DNA of 64,000 nucleotides, from the NCBI GenBank assembly GCA_963772165.1, contig CAVYWA010000022.1, positions 2,832-66,831 of the forward strand, given 5' to 3'. This DNA is from an uncultured Bacteroidota bacterium (GTDB lineage Bacteria; Bacteroidota; Ignavibacteria; UBA10030; UBA8401). Position numbers and translations under genes: made by a program. Shown here in pieces: positions 20,275 to 32,300 of this stretch. Each line of letters starts with the position of its first letter. The first letter of the stretch is position 1. The notes beneath the pieces are model-generated. The model ran no database searches. It was not told the origin of the DNA and saw nothing but the letters and a program-made list of their open reading frames with translations.

Positions 20275-21607
20275 TCATTTGAGATAAATAATTTTCCTCG
20301 TTTCTACGAACGAAGACGTCCGAAGACTGTAAAAATACATTCCACTGCTCAATCCTGTTGCATCATAGCGAACGGAGTGCACCCCCTCCCCCTGAGTGGG
20401 CAGGTTGATTCTTTTCACTTCCTGGCCAAGCGAGTTATATATTGTTATGGTTACGTCATCGGCGGCTGGGAGTTTAAACGAGATAATCGTCGATGAGTTG
20501 AACGGATTGGGATAATTTTGGTACAGGTACATCTTCCGGCAGGGACTGATAGTTACCAGAACTCGAATCATAACTGGTGGTCGTCAACCAATTTTGCAGT
20601 TTCTTGAAACTGACTTCCTGGTGAAGAATGTACCCGTTTATCGAGCCCCACCACAATTCCAACGTGTCCCCGATAAAAAGCGCCGTCACGCGGTACCAAA
20701 GCCCTTTCTTCAATAACGGCTTCTGATAGTATGTAAACATCGTTCCTGATGTATCCAGGGACTTTGCCAGCCATATATACCCCCCCCACCATTCAGCGCC
20801 ATTGTGCAGAGCCCCATCAGTAAAGAAATAATAATGATCATCCTTCGGATTTTTAACCACATCGTAATGCCAAGCATTAACACTATCAGTGTTGCCGATA
20901 AAATCAAAATATGTTGTATCCAACACTCTAAAATGATCGTCTACGGTAAATTTTACAAACCCCCAGTTTTCAGTATACGTTTGTCCGAGACGTGCATAGA
21001 GATAATATTTTTTTGCGCTGTCTTCAACTGTCACGACGGGACAAATCAATTCAATGTTGTTTCCCTTATAATTAAATTTCTTGATAATATTTCTCGTGTC
21101 TGCCCCATACTTATGGGACCCCCAATCCACCCCGTTCCCGCTTTGCTTGATGCTGGTGAGTAATCCTATCCTCGCTTTATACGCCATATAAAGCGTGTCT
21201 TTGACCGGGTTATAGAAAAGCTGAGTGTCGGCATTATAGTCTCCGGGCAAACCTGAAGGCCCAACAATCGGATTCGATAAACCAGTGGTATCCCAGTATA
21301 TTCCATCGTTGCTATAGGCGATGCACGGATTTTCAAATGTCGGATCCGATATCTTGTTGGGCGTCCACGCCATCCAATATTTCGCGTGATACTTCCCCCA
21401 TCCATTGGGAAAGTAGACAACAGAAGGATGCCAATTGCCTACTGTCGAATCTTTACCGAAATAAGGGTTATTGACGACAATTCTAAGGGAATCATTGAGG
21501 AAATAAGTCTGTGCGACCGCTGACCGGATAGCAACGCATCCGGCTAAGAGCAGGAGAAATAATCGAAAAGAGGCTCTAGACATTCGGATTCTCACGATCA
21601 ACGTCAA
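20275..21607 (-). CDS. Secreted beta-propeller-like protein with C-terminal secretion (Por/T9SS-type) domain; frameshift near 20535
   Basis: Signal peptide; HPSVVYFPNGW..YWMAWTP..ENPCIAYSNDG; CTD QNYPNPFNSST..SSGMYFYSL lies in the adjacent frame. Confidence 0.75.
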
Positions 21608-21640
21608 TTGAATGCAGCTCGAAAGAAATCATAGGCTACC

Positions 21641-22582
21641 TTACAGTATTTTATCGATGATGTATGGAGGTCTGTTTTTAATTTCATTGAACATAATAAC
21701 GAAGTATTCAAAAAAGATGGCAAGAAGAAGAATGACAAATCCGTTCAGGAACGAGACGGTCGCAATAATCGAAGCCCAGCCAGAGATCGATCCCACGAGG
21801 AGTGTTTTTATGATAGAGTACAAACCGTACGCAAAGCTTACCATTGAAAGACAAAGACCTATCGACGTCACCAGTTTCAAAGGCATGGCTGAGAAGTTAA
21901 CAAAACTCTTTACAGATAAGTGAAAAAGATCTTTCATGCGATATTTACTTTCCCCGGCAAATCTTTTTCCCGCCTTGTATTCCAGGAACTTTTTCCTGAA
22001 CCCGATCGAAAGGAGAATTCCTCTGTTGAAATAACTCTTTTCCCTAAACTCCCGTAAGACGGTTAGTACCTTTTCATTCACGCCAAAGAAGTCCGAAACG
22101 CCGTCCGAAATCTCAATTCCCGTCATCTTTTTGAAGCAATAGTAATAAAGCTTGTTTACTATTGTTCTGGAAATTTTTTCATTTTCATTTGAGATGCGTT
22201 TCAAAAAGAGTATGTCGCACTCATCTTTTACGATGCTTGTGTAGATTTCCTCGATAATCTCGGGTGGATGCTGCAAATCAGCATCCATGCAAATAGCAAC
22301 CCGACCCCTGCAGTTATCGACTCCCGATTTTATTGCCAGATCGTGGCCACAATTCTGCGATAGTTTTATCCCCCTCACATTTTTGTTCTGTTTGTGCAAT
22401 CTCTTCAACAACACTCCCACGAACCGTCTCTCGCTCCCATCATCAACAAAGATAATTTCATATTTTATTCTGATTCTTTTTCCCAGTCCGTCGGTGAGAC
22501 GTTCGTATAATTCCGGCAAATTATGTTCTTCATTGAGACCGGGAAGGACAATAGAAAGGTCAACATTGTTTTTCAGATTCAT
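21641..22582 (-). CDS. GT2 polyprenol-phosphate glycosyltransferase (GtrB/ArnC-like)
   Basis: VDDGS, MDADLQHPP, R.AGESKY, two C-terminal TM helices, RPPYII. Confidence 0.9.
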   Translation of the reverse strand: MNLKNNVDLSIVLPGLNEEHNLPELYERLTDGLGKRIRIKYEIIFVDDGSERRFVGVLLKRLHKQNKNVRGIKLSQNCGHDLAIKSGVDNCRGRVAICMDADLQHPPEIIEEIYTSIVKDECDILFLKRISNENEKISRTIVNKLYYYCFKKMTGIEISDGVSDFFGVNEKVLTVLREFREKSYFNRGILLSIGFRKKFLEYKAGKRFAGESKYRMKDLFHLSVKSFVNFSAMPLKLVTSIGLCLSMVSFAYGLYSIIKTLLVGSISGWASIIATVSFLNGFVILLLAIFFEYFVIMFNEIKNRPPYIIDKIL

Positions 22583-24332
22583 GGCCCTATTTCTATTTGA
22601 GTGAGGAGTAATTCCGTCTCCAGGACAAAAATTGTGTCTCTATATTTGTACGCTATGGTATACACTCGATTATTCAACAACGAATCAACGATCTTGTCAG
22701 CATCTGATTTTGCGTCCCTGCTACGCCATAGTATACCAGAAAGAATGCGGGTTGAAAACAATATAATCACTTTCCCTGATTACTTCCGGAAAGAAATAAT
22801 ACTGCTGCCTCTGAGCAAATGGGGGTCCCTAAATCATTCTGAACGCTCACAGACGCGTTTAAAGGAAATTCTATCTGCCAGGTCAAATATGAAATGCGAG
22901 AATAGCTGGTTGAGAGATTCCAGAAGGTAATATTCTTTATTTTTCAAAAAATCAATCTGAAACGTTATAATGATTCCTAAAGTTACAATGATTAACCAAT
23001 AATGATTCTCCGAAAGCCAGAAAATAGACCTAACGTTTCCAGATTGGCAAACCCAACAATGCTGGCAAAATACACGAAGGGAACGATTGAGCCGACATTA
23101 TGAACATACACAGAAAACAGACCACTATCGCTCGCAAGCAGACTCACTGAGAAAGGGAACAGTAACAATATTAAAGCTCTCTTCGAGAAGAGAGGTAAGA
23201 AACAAAGCGGCGTCAGGATAACCATCACAAAGTACAACTTCTTGACGTCCAATACGAACTCTTAATAACGGTCAACGGTTGGAAGAAAATTGTTTTGAGG
23301 GCTTCGCCTGAGGCCGCCTCCGTTCGGGACCAGCGCTGCATAGTTGCTCCAGCTATTGAAACCATGCCAAGCAGGGCCGCGGAAAAACGGCATCAAGAAT
23401 TCGATCAAAAAAATGAAAGTATGCAATCGATATTACGGTAAAAAGCACTAACTCCTTGTTTTTTTTTCAAATTAGTAAGAATCATGTAAAGTCCGATTCC
23501 TGCAGTATAGAGCGGAATATTTTCCTTGATTAACAAGGCGACAAGAATCACGACCCAGAAAGAGCGACCATCTCTCCGCTTTACCAAAAATAATAAGGCA
23601 AAAAGAATAAAAACGATGCACAATGGTTCAAAATGGAATTCAAAAAGATTGGCCCCGTGCAATGGAGCATAAAGCAAATAGGAAATTGAGAATACAAGCG
23701 CAACGTTCCTGAGATTTAATGAAATGTAGTGCGATAAGGTACACCGGTATAGCCCCCACGGCCAGCCAGAGAGTCTGAACAACGAGGAGAAATATTTGTT
23801 GATTGAAAATCTTATATCCAAGCGCAAAGACAAGCAGTATGAAATTAGCGTGCCGGCCAAGAAAGTTGGGAGTGTCGATCGTGTTTTGAAAGAGATCCCC
23901 TCTGGAGGTATTCCATACTATTTGAGAAAATATGCCTAAATCCTGGATATGATAGTGCAGCTGGTAAAATTTGTAAAGTGTTACTGTGATGAATACCGCG
24001 CTGTAGAGTGCAATAGAAATCAGCAGGAAAATTCCCGGGCTTTTAACTCTCAAGCCTCCGAGTCGGAGGTTTTTGTGATAAAGGGTTGGTACGAGCGCGA
24101 TGTTCAGAGAGAGCAACCCTAACGTTATCCATAAGTATTTTACAAAACTCAGAGAACTGTCATCAACGGTTTGACTCGCTCTATGAACCGACACATAGTG
24201 ATAGATGAAGGAATTCTCCGAGGATCCAAAAAGCCAGAATGAGGCTACAAGGAGTGCCGCGCTGGCACCGTAACAAATGACGAATAGTGCTTTCTTCCGA
24301 TCGATCTTCATGCGGGGAGGTACTATTGTCAT
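22579..24332 (-). CDS. DUF2079-like multi-pass membrane protein (GT-C candidate), broken into several frames
   Basis: DLGIFSQIVWNTSRG..FLGRH, LLVVQTL, FEFH, LLIKE motifs spread over ORFs 23640..24332, 23405..23860, 22992..23252 and 22579..22770. Confidence 0.65.
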
Positions 24333-24695
24333 CGGTCAGCAGGCATGGTAAGTGTGCGCTAGTCAGAAAAAATACGGCTATTCATTTGAAGATTCAGAAA
24401 TCGAAAAGTGTTGAGATTTGATATCTGGACCAATTATCTCTGGCCCATTGCCGCCGTTTCGGTATTGCCTCGCAACGCATTTGTAAAACTGTATTTCATC
24501 ATTTTCCGACTGCCGGTTCCGCATTGCTATCCATCAGCTCCTGCAAGGTATAAGTGGAAATAGCCCCATTATGCCTGGCCATCTTTTGCAGCCCGATTTT
24601 TTTGACCACTCGATCCATTATTGTCCGGCTTTTTTCCATTCAGCAAAAATTCAGCCGCTACAATGCAGCATCAACTACGAGCCCCCCGCAAGAGA

Positions 24696-25883
24696 TCAAG
24701 TGGTGAGCATGCGATCCTCAATTCCACCAAGCCGGGAATCCTGAAAAAGCCCTTTTGTGGACTGACCATATTTCGTCTTGGAAGAACCTACGACGAAGAG
24801 GGTGAATAAAAATACAGGATTATGATTATAAAAGATCGTGTCACTAGTAATTGCGGCGACGAGAATTGCCAGCACAACGTAAATGGATTTCCTGTCTTTC
24901 ACCCGTAGCAGCAAACGATAAATGACGATGAAGAAGCATACGAACATCACAATCCCGAAAGAGAGGAGTATTCTAAGGTAACTTGAGTGAGGATTATTCA
25001 GCAAGGATGTGCCCCCCCAAACCTCTACAAAGGGGAGATCGTGATCTCTGAAGCCAAGCAGAATTCGCAGCAACGATGATCCCTTTAAAAGATCGAAATA
25101 CTCGTTCCAGATATCGGATCTTCCATGGGTAATTGCAGCAAAAACTAAGTCGTCAATCTTCATCAGGTCACCGATGATCATCGGAACCAGAAAACTGAGA
25201 AATATCAACGAAACAAAAACCGTCTTTTTTGTTTTCTGAATGGACGAAGGAAGGGCAAAGTACAGCAGAGGCACAACAGCCATGCCCCATGGTGTCAGTC
25301 TCAACGACCAAATTACATTAATTAAAGCTAAGAGAATGATGAACAATGCTTCCCGTCTTTCCTTTCTGAAAACGAAATTGAGAATCAATACCAGCATACT
25401 GTATGCATCAATCCCTCCTGTTGAACCGTCAAATCCGATTAGTGTGGTAATATTTTGTTCAAAGAGAAGATCGTCAAATTGGTTGATACCAACATCCGCC
25501 GCTGAGCGAAAACCTGCGTTAAAAAAATTGAAATACACCAGATAGGATAAAATTACATAAACAACATAGGTTACGTTGACGAATTTTAAATACGATGAAA
25601 AATCGGTTTCAATGTGATCAAAGGCAAGGGAAAAAAATGAGAAGTAGATTAAGAAAGAAATCTCCCTCCAATTTACGCCCCATAGAGGAATAAGAATAAG
25701 GTTGAGGAGGACAATGAGCGCAAGAATAGCTTCTTTTCTTTCAAACCTACCATCCGTCTTCGTTGGATAATACTTTACAAATAATAGGATTGAGAAGAGT
25801 GCATACAATCCAGATAAAGCCGGATATCTAAATGTTGTCAAATACACGATAAAGGTAAGGTAGCAGATGGCAATATACATCAT
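24696..25883 (-). CDS. wzy: Wzy-like polysaccharide polymerase / O-antigen ligase-family membrane protein
   Basis: About 10 TM helices; THGRSDIW..NNPHSSYLRILLSFG. Confidence 0.7.
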   Translation of the reverse strand: MMYIAICYLTFIVYLTTFRYPALSGLYALFSILLFVKYYPTKTDGRFERKEAILALIVLLNLILIPLWGVNWREISFLIYFSFFSLAFDHIETDFSSYLKFVNVTYVVYVILSYLVYFNFFNAGFRSAADVGINQFDDLLFEQNITTLIGFDGSTGGIDAYSMLVLILNFVFRKERREALFIILLALINVIWSLRLTPWGMAVVPLLYFALPSSIQKTKKTVFVSLIFLSFLVPMIIGDLMKIDDLVFAAITHGRSDIWNEYFDLLKGSSLLRILLGFRDHDLPFVEVWGGTSLLNNPHSSYLRILLSFGIVMFVCFFIVIYRLLLRVKDRKSIYVVLAILVAAITSDTIFYNHNPVFLFTLFVVGSSKTKYGQSTKGLFQDSRLGGIEDRMLTT

Positions 25884-27050
25884 TCGTAATTGCTGGCATT
25901 CTTTAAGACTGAGACAAATTCATTGTTTTGGTTATCAATGGTTAATTCATTATTCACGACAAACTCTCGAACATATTTTACCAATTCGCTCCAATGTGTT
26001 GGACAAAATATTCCTAGTGAATTCATGATGGAATCCGCTTCTTTGTTTTCCGTTTTGATCAACTTTGACATGCTAACGGCACATATTCCTGCAAGCTTCG
26101 CATTGATTAATGCCGATGAATAAGTCGACAACACTATGCTATTACGGCTATACATGGCCTCAACAGGCAAAAATGGATCGTCTATAATTTCGGCACCTTT
26201 TAAGCCGTTGAATTTATAAGGATTCTCAATAGGATGCGTCTTGATAAGCAGTCGATACTCAATCAGCTTCTTTCGAAGTTGTTCAAGGCATCTGATCTCA
26301 TCGATCAACTGGCATTCATACGCTTCAACTGATGCATTTGAAACATATATCATATATTTGCGATCTGACAATACGAGTTCTTCTCTAAGTATTCCTTTTA
26401 TCCTCGAGTTATCAATTACCGGTAACTTGAAAGCAGGCTTTCCGGCTATAACACTCTTTTCTGGAAAGCTTGCCAACGAATAATCAAATATCGTTGATCG
26501 TCCATAACTAAAACTATCGCTGATATAGGCCAACTTAAACAGTTTAACAACGATCTTTTTTACAATGTTAAGGACTGCGCTCCTTGGAGGCATTATATGA
26601 AACGATTCCCTCATCGACTAAAAAACCAACACTGCCATATAGCTCCTTCGAGAGGCCAACGAACATTTCTACCGGCTTTTCTTTATCACTAAAAAAAAAT
26701 ACGTTATCAATTGGACCAAGATCACGCAATATTTTCCTAATTCTTTCAATTTCTACTTTATGATATTTTACATAATCGAAAATGTTCCATATCCTTTTTT
26801 CACCATTTCGATCAAACATAAGATGTTTGTGGAAAAAGACATCATAATTAAACAGATGGTCGAAAGACTTAAATATTTGCGAGTTTGACCCACGAGCACC
26901 CCCGGAAAAATTGAAAACATTAAGCGTAATAACATAGGCTCTTGTGCCTTTATGTTTTTGATTAATCAGATCTATAATCTGACAGCTTCGAAAAACATGG
27001 TAAGGTCTATGGCATACGAAGAGTATATTCATGTCAACTGATGTTGCCAA
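25880..27050 (-). CDS. Sialyltransferase-like (nonulosonate) glycosyltransferase; frameshift near 26590
   Basis: RPYH, LVDEG and IKTHP motifs, PVE..STYSSAL; adjacent to wzx and the pse genes. Confidence 0.65.
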
Positions 27051-28446
27051 TCAAATAGCTGAGATCGAAGCCATGCCTGTTCATTTTGTAAAGAAGCACT
27101 GAGTAATACAAGAAAGGAATAACAAATACCAATTTACTCTGTACATAGCCATTGAAAAAAAGAAAACATACTATCACGGTCGCCAGCGGCAACAATAAGT
27201 AGAAACAAAAGTAGTTCAGAATATATCGCATGCTTTTGTCCATAAGGAGCAAACTTATGATCGTAATGGAAACAGTATAACCAAGAATCGCTAAGCTTGA
27301 TGCAAGAGCAATGCCATCTAAACCCAGCCCCATTTTATAGAACAAATAGGCACATAAGACTTTTCCTATTATTGAGCATAGAAGAACTATTATTAATATT
27401 TTTATTTTAAATAGTGTGTTCAATATGTTGATACCATATATTGCTATTGGGATGATAATAAGCTCTGCAGGCACAATGCCATTGACATAAGCTGGTAGAA
27501 ACGCCTTAACGATGAATGGCAATATGTAAATGAATGTCCCAATTAACAAAGGCATCGCTATCGACAACAAAATAGAAGGGAGAATTGAAACTTTATCCAG
27601 TTTGTCAATCCTGCTTGATTGGCCAAATACAAGATTTAGTTTTGGATAAATTACCTGACTAATAGCGTCTGGAACCTGCTGAGAGAAAACAAATGCCATT
27701 ATGGCTAGTCCATAGTAGCCTAATGTTGTCATATCGTAAAACCGAACAATTAATAATCTATCAACAGTTATTAAAAACGTATATCCCATTCCGATTAAAA
27801 TCAAAGGTAAACCAACCTTGACAATCTGGAGATAGACGTGAGAATCAAAGCGAATAGAAAATAGATGCTTTTTCTTTATGTAAACAAACGAGATCGTAAC
27901 CAGGGGAACCAAAAATATTGAAATTAGTTGGCCCCAAATATTAAATCGCCAAACTAGTATGACTGTCAGGAACAGTAGCGCAATTGAATAGAAGGTAATA
28001 ATGCTCGATGCTGCCCGAAAACGGCTGTGTGAATATGAGAACATAATGTGATATTCATAAACAGCATTGACTATAATTCCTAGCGCTGCCATAATCACGG
28101 CAAACAATGGTAGACCTCTCAAAAAAACAAGGGAAAATGTCACGATGAGAAAGGCGGTGAGGCCGGTAGATATCAAAAGACCAGTAAAACCCACATCGTT
28201 CAATTTAGAAGCATACTTTTCATCATCCCTTCCCAAATTCATTGGTATTTCCCGACTGATGCCGCTAGACACCCCTAAGTTCGAAATGGGCCCATATTTG
28301 TTCACCAAATCAATCAAAGAAAAAAATCCATAATTGGTCGGTCCTAATAATTTTGCCGAAACTATTCCAGCTAAGAACTTTGAAACCAGTCTTAGGAAAT
28401 TTGAAAAGAGGACGTAAACACTTGATTGAAGAATGCTCTTAAACAA
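27034..28446 (-). CDS. wzx: Wzx polysaccharide flippase
   Basis: 12-14 TM helices; AKLLGPTNYG, DRLLI..LGYYGLA. Confidence 0.88.
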   Translation of the reverse strand: MFKSILQSSVYVLFSNFLRLVSKFLAGIVSAKLLGPTNYGFFSLIDLVNKYGPISNLGVSSGISREIPMNLGRDDEKYASKLNDVGFTGLLISTGLTAFLIVTFSLVFLRGLPLFAVIMAALGIIVNAVYEYHIMFSYSHSRFRAASSIITFYSIALLFLTVILVWRFNIWGQLISIFLVPLVTISFVYIKKKHLFSIRFDSHVYLQIVKVGLPLILIGMGYTFLITVDRLLIVRFYDMTTLGYYGLAIMAFVFSQQVPDAISQVIYPKLNLVFGQSSRIDKLDKVSILPSILLSIAMPLLIGTFIYILPFIVKAFLPAYVNGIVPAELIIIPIAIYGINILNTLFKIKILIIVLLCSIIGKVLCAYLFYKMGLGLDGIALASSLAILGYTVSITIISLLLMDKSMRYILNYFCFYLLLPLATVIVCFLFFNGYVQSKLVFVIPFLYYSVLLYKMNRHGFDLSYLIGNIS

Positions 28447-28736
28447 ATGAATTATCGCTTAAATAAATGAATTGCACTGCAGGGTACGAGGCAGTTGAAA
28501 TGCTAACATATGTTGGCATCCATATTGTAGAATCCGACAGTCGCCGTACCTACCTAGGAAGCCAGGTAGAAAGAAACCTGAGAGATTAAAAAAACGATTT
28601 GAGCTATGTTTGGTCGAACAATCAGTCTGAGTACTTCAAAAACGTTTGATTCATAAATATATCTATAGAAGAACAACCAGATAGAATAAGAATTTGTGCT
28701 GCCGCAATATCAGTTCACCATAATATGATGTACAGT

Positions 28737-29763
28737 TCATTTAATTAATTGCTCCATTTTCAAAGGAGTCCCACGGTCCAAATTTATCAATGCTTTCTTC
28801 CCTAATATTTCACGCTGATACTTGGGATGCATCCCAAAACCTGGCCGTATAGATCGTACATTTTCTTCAGTGATAACTTCGCCTGCTTTGATGTCTTTCA
28901 CCACATAAAGAGACCTACAGAATTCTCTTCCGGATTTCATTTTTTCAGTCAATTTATAGCTCACTTCACCGATTGCTTTTTCAGCCAAACGCACTGATTT
29001 AACCATCTCGGTAAACTCTTTCTCGTCTAGAGAAAATGAAGCATCTGGGCCGCCTATGGAGTGATCAAGAATAAAATGCTTCTCAATAATTTTGGCCCCA
29101 AACGCAGTCGCGACGACTGGAGCCACGATACCCATGGTATGATCCGAAAGACCGCTGATTACGCCAAATCTATCAGCTAAATCTTTCACCATAACCATAT
29201 TGGCCTCTTCGATGGGAGCAGGATAGCTTGATGTGCATTTTAGCAAAGCAATCCGATTGTTCCCCTGATTTCTGCAAGCTGCTATTGCCAATTCAATATC
29301 TTCTTCTTCCGCTATTCCTGTCGAGATGATGACCGGCTTCCTTTTAGATGCAACATATTCGATAAGGGGAATATCGGTTATCTCAAAAGATGCTATTTTA
29401 TAGGCAGGCGCATTTAGTCCTTCCAATAGGTCAACCGCGGTTTTATCGAAGGGGCTGCTAAAACAAACCAGACCTTCAGCTTTCGCTGCTGCGAATAGTT
29501 GCGGGTGCCATTCCCATGGAGTATAAGCCTCCTTGTATAAATCGTATAAATACCTCCCATCCCATATCAGTACCTTGCTTTATTTTGAAGTCATCTGTTT
29601 TTGCGTTAATCGTAATGGTATCCGCGGTATAAGTTTGCAGTTTGATGGCATCGGCCCCTGAACGCTTGGCCGCTTTAATGGTTGCTAACGCCGTATTCAA
29701 ACTGCCATTGTGGTTAGCAGATAGTTCGGCGATGATAAAGACGTGATTATTTTTATCAAACAT
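28737..29763 (-). CDS. pseI: Pseudaminic acid synthase (frameshifted around 29470-29570)
   Basis: IAELSANHNG, KLQTYTADT, YKIASFE, KCTSSYP, SDHT, EKHF, C-terminal SAF domain RSIRPGFG. Confidence 0.92.
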
Positions 29764-29766
29764 TTT

Positions 29767-30944
29767 TTAATTAAGTCTAGTTAATAAAGCATCTATTTCA
29801 GATCGATGATCAGCACACAAGATCAAATGTCCCATTCTATCAAGGGAATTTTCGATATTCCTCTTATGAAATTCTTTAATTTCATAAGAGATTATGCTTG
29901 ATAAATTGTGATTGATAAATTCTTTACACTTTTGGTAATTTTTATTATTGAGAAATTGTACGGCAGCTGTCTTACTTTCTTTAATATTCAAATCAATACT
30001 TTCACCCAAAGAAACTTTGATTAAATTAGTTAACATATCAACCCCGGTAGCCAAAGGCACTAAATCAGATGTAATATAATCACCCCCTAATCGACATCCT
30101 ATTTCGATAATAAAAACACCCTCGTCATTTATTTTAACTTCCGTATGGGTGGGAGAATTATTAACACCTAGTTTTTGCAAGGCTGTAATAACAGTCTTTT
30201 TGATGGCATCCTCCTCCGATGAGCGAATATTTGCAGGAACAATATGACAATCTTCAACAAAAAAACCTGATTTCTCATCTCCAATAACTTTCTCAGTAAT
30301 TGCTACGACAGTGGTAACGTTTTTTTGAGTAAACGTTTCAACACTAAATTCTCGTCCTTCAATAAAGGCTTCAACTATTACCTCCCCAGTTCTCGAAAAC
30401 TTTGCAGAGATAGGATATTGCTGCATAAGCCCTTCTTTGTTGTTTATTCGTTTCACTCCTCTACTTGCCGATGAATCTACCGGTTTTATAATCATCGGGA
30501 AATCACATAAGCTTTCTAAGTCAGAATTTGATTTTAATAGTTATAAAAAGGTGTCTTTATACTGTTTTTGGCTAAGAACTCTCGTTGTAGATATTTATTT
30601 GTACAAATATGTGCTACTTCTATTGTCATGGCTCTTAAATGAAGTTCTCCACAAACCTTTGCAACGGTATTAATAGGATAGTCGGATGTTGTTAGGATAC
30701 CATTAATTTGAAGTCTTTCGGCTTCTTTTAAAACTGCATCAACATCATTGGTGCTAATACATAATTTCTCATCTGCAAATTCAAAACCAGGAGCATTGGG
30801 ATCAATATCAACAATGATTATATACAACCCATTTGATTTGGCTTTCTTAATTATTGGAACCTGCATTTCTCCGGCACCAAGTATCATTATCTTTTTCTTT
30901 TTCATATACGCTTGTGCTTCAGAGTGTCGATTTATATTCTCCAA
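29767..30944 (-). CDS. ATP-grasp domain protein (frameshift near 30540)
   Basis: ILGAGEMQ, NKYLQRE, IIKPVDSSASRGV, EAFIEGREFSVE, HTEVK, IEIGCRLGGD. Confidence 0.85.
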
Positions 30945-31231
30945 AAATAACGATCTCTGAATTTGCTACTAATTGATTAGTCTGGTAAATATCCAAGTTA
31001 GCATTAGTTTCTTCTATTGTTCCAATCACCATCGACCCGATCAACCTCCCATCCATACTGGTAAAACAATAAAGAATGTTCTGAAATATCTATGAGATCA
31101 AACTTCCTGTTTGCCCGGAAAGAGATAAATAACTAGTGAATCAATGTTTGAGGGTATAAGAAAAGGTTTAACACTATTTATTGACGTAAGGACACTATAA
31201 AGGATGGTAGTTGTTCTTTGTTGGTACACTA

Positions 31232-32239
31232 TCACAATTTATCAATCTGGAATAATACATGGTCCACAATTCTATTTGCTCCCATTCCATCGACGCATGA
31301 TCTTCCAATTATGCTTTTCCTTTGTCTTAATTCCTGATCGGAGATTAATCTATTTAAAGCTATCAATATTTTATCATCGATGAATTCCCCTTCCCAGGAT
31401 ATTGCATCATCAATAAATCCGGCATACAGCCACCCCTCAATATCAGTAATCTGATTATCAATAATTAATACTGCAACCGTTGGCGCACCCACGCGGGCCA
31501 ATTCACACAAAGTTTGTCCACCGGCAGAAATTACAATGTCTGCCTTTAAGAAAAGTTCCAGCATTTTATTTCCATCTGGAAAAAACACGAGCTCAATGGA
31601 GGAGTTACCTTCAGAGATATTCCTTAACTCATTAACATTTTCCCTGGAGAAACTTTGTCCTATTGCTACCGTTTTTAAAATATTAGCGGAAGTATGTTTT
31701 AATAAAAGATTTAAGACCCTAGGACAAATGTTTCGTATATCCCCTCCACCCATGGTTATTAAAATTTCAGACACATTGGCATTTATTTTTTTTTCAGCAA
31801 TATTCCAGAAAGGTTTTCGTAATGAAACATATTGACATCCCAAAAGGTAGCTGCATCGAGGGTTTGATGAGGTCGTATACTTTTTTTCTGCAAAAGGTGT
31901 CCAATTTATTATTACACCTCGATCATAAGTTAATCTTCTATAATCGTCAATAAAAACCGGTAAACGTGAGTATTTGGTAATCTCTGTAACAACTTCGTTT
32001 TTCGCATGATAGGAATCTAAAATTACAATATCAGATGTAATAATTTCATCATGCAAACGCTGAACGTTTTCATTCCAATCATAAAAAACATGGGGCGCCT
32101 CTTTAATCCCAGCATTACCATTAATGATAAACTCCCCATTTATATTCCGCTCCTTAAATGCCATAAACAATGAAAGACAGCGTGTAATATGCCCCATCCC
32201 ATATATGCTACCTCCTTCTGTTATGAATATGGCCTTCAT
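31232..32239 (-). CDS. pseG: PseG/SpsG-family UDP-sugar hydrolase
   Basis: GMGHITRC, DSY, IDD, TMGGGD, SAGGQTLCE, DNQ, VDGMGANR. Confidence 0.8.
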   Translation of the reverse strand: MKAIFITEGGSIYGMGHITRCLSLFMAFKERNINGEFIINGNAGIKEAPHVFYDWNENVQRLHDEIITSDIVILDSYHAKNEVVTEITKYSRLPVFIDDYRRLTYDRGVIINWTPFAEKKYTTSSNPRCSYLLGCQYVSLRKPFWNIAEKKINANVSEILITMGGGDIRNICPRVLNLLLKHTSANILKTVAIGQSFSRENVNELRNISEGNSSIELVFFPDGNKMLELFLKADIVISAGGQTLCELARVGAPTVAVLIIDNQITDIEGWLYAGFIDDAISWEGEFIDDKILIALNRLISDQELRQRKSIIGRSCVDGMGANRIVDHVLFQIDKL

Positions 32240-32300
32240 TTAATATTAAAAAAATCTTATTGCGATGTACTTCTGCGTTAATGGCTTTGGAGTAATTACA

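Noticed and set aside
24340-24760. Possible gene remnant between wzy and the DUF2079-like gene
   Set aside because: Short broken frames without a motif I can identify.
30945-31231. pseH remnant
   Set aside because: Position fits, but no GNAT motif can be recognised by eye; left as a test in the findings.
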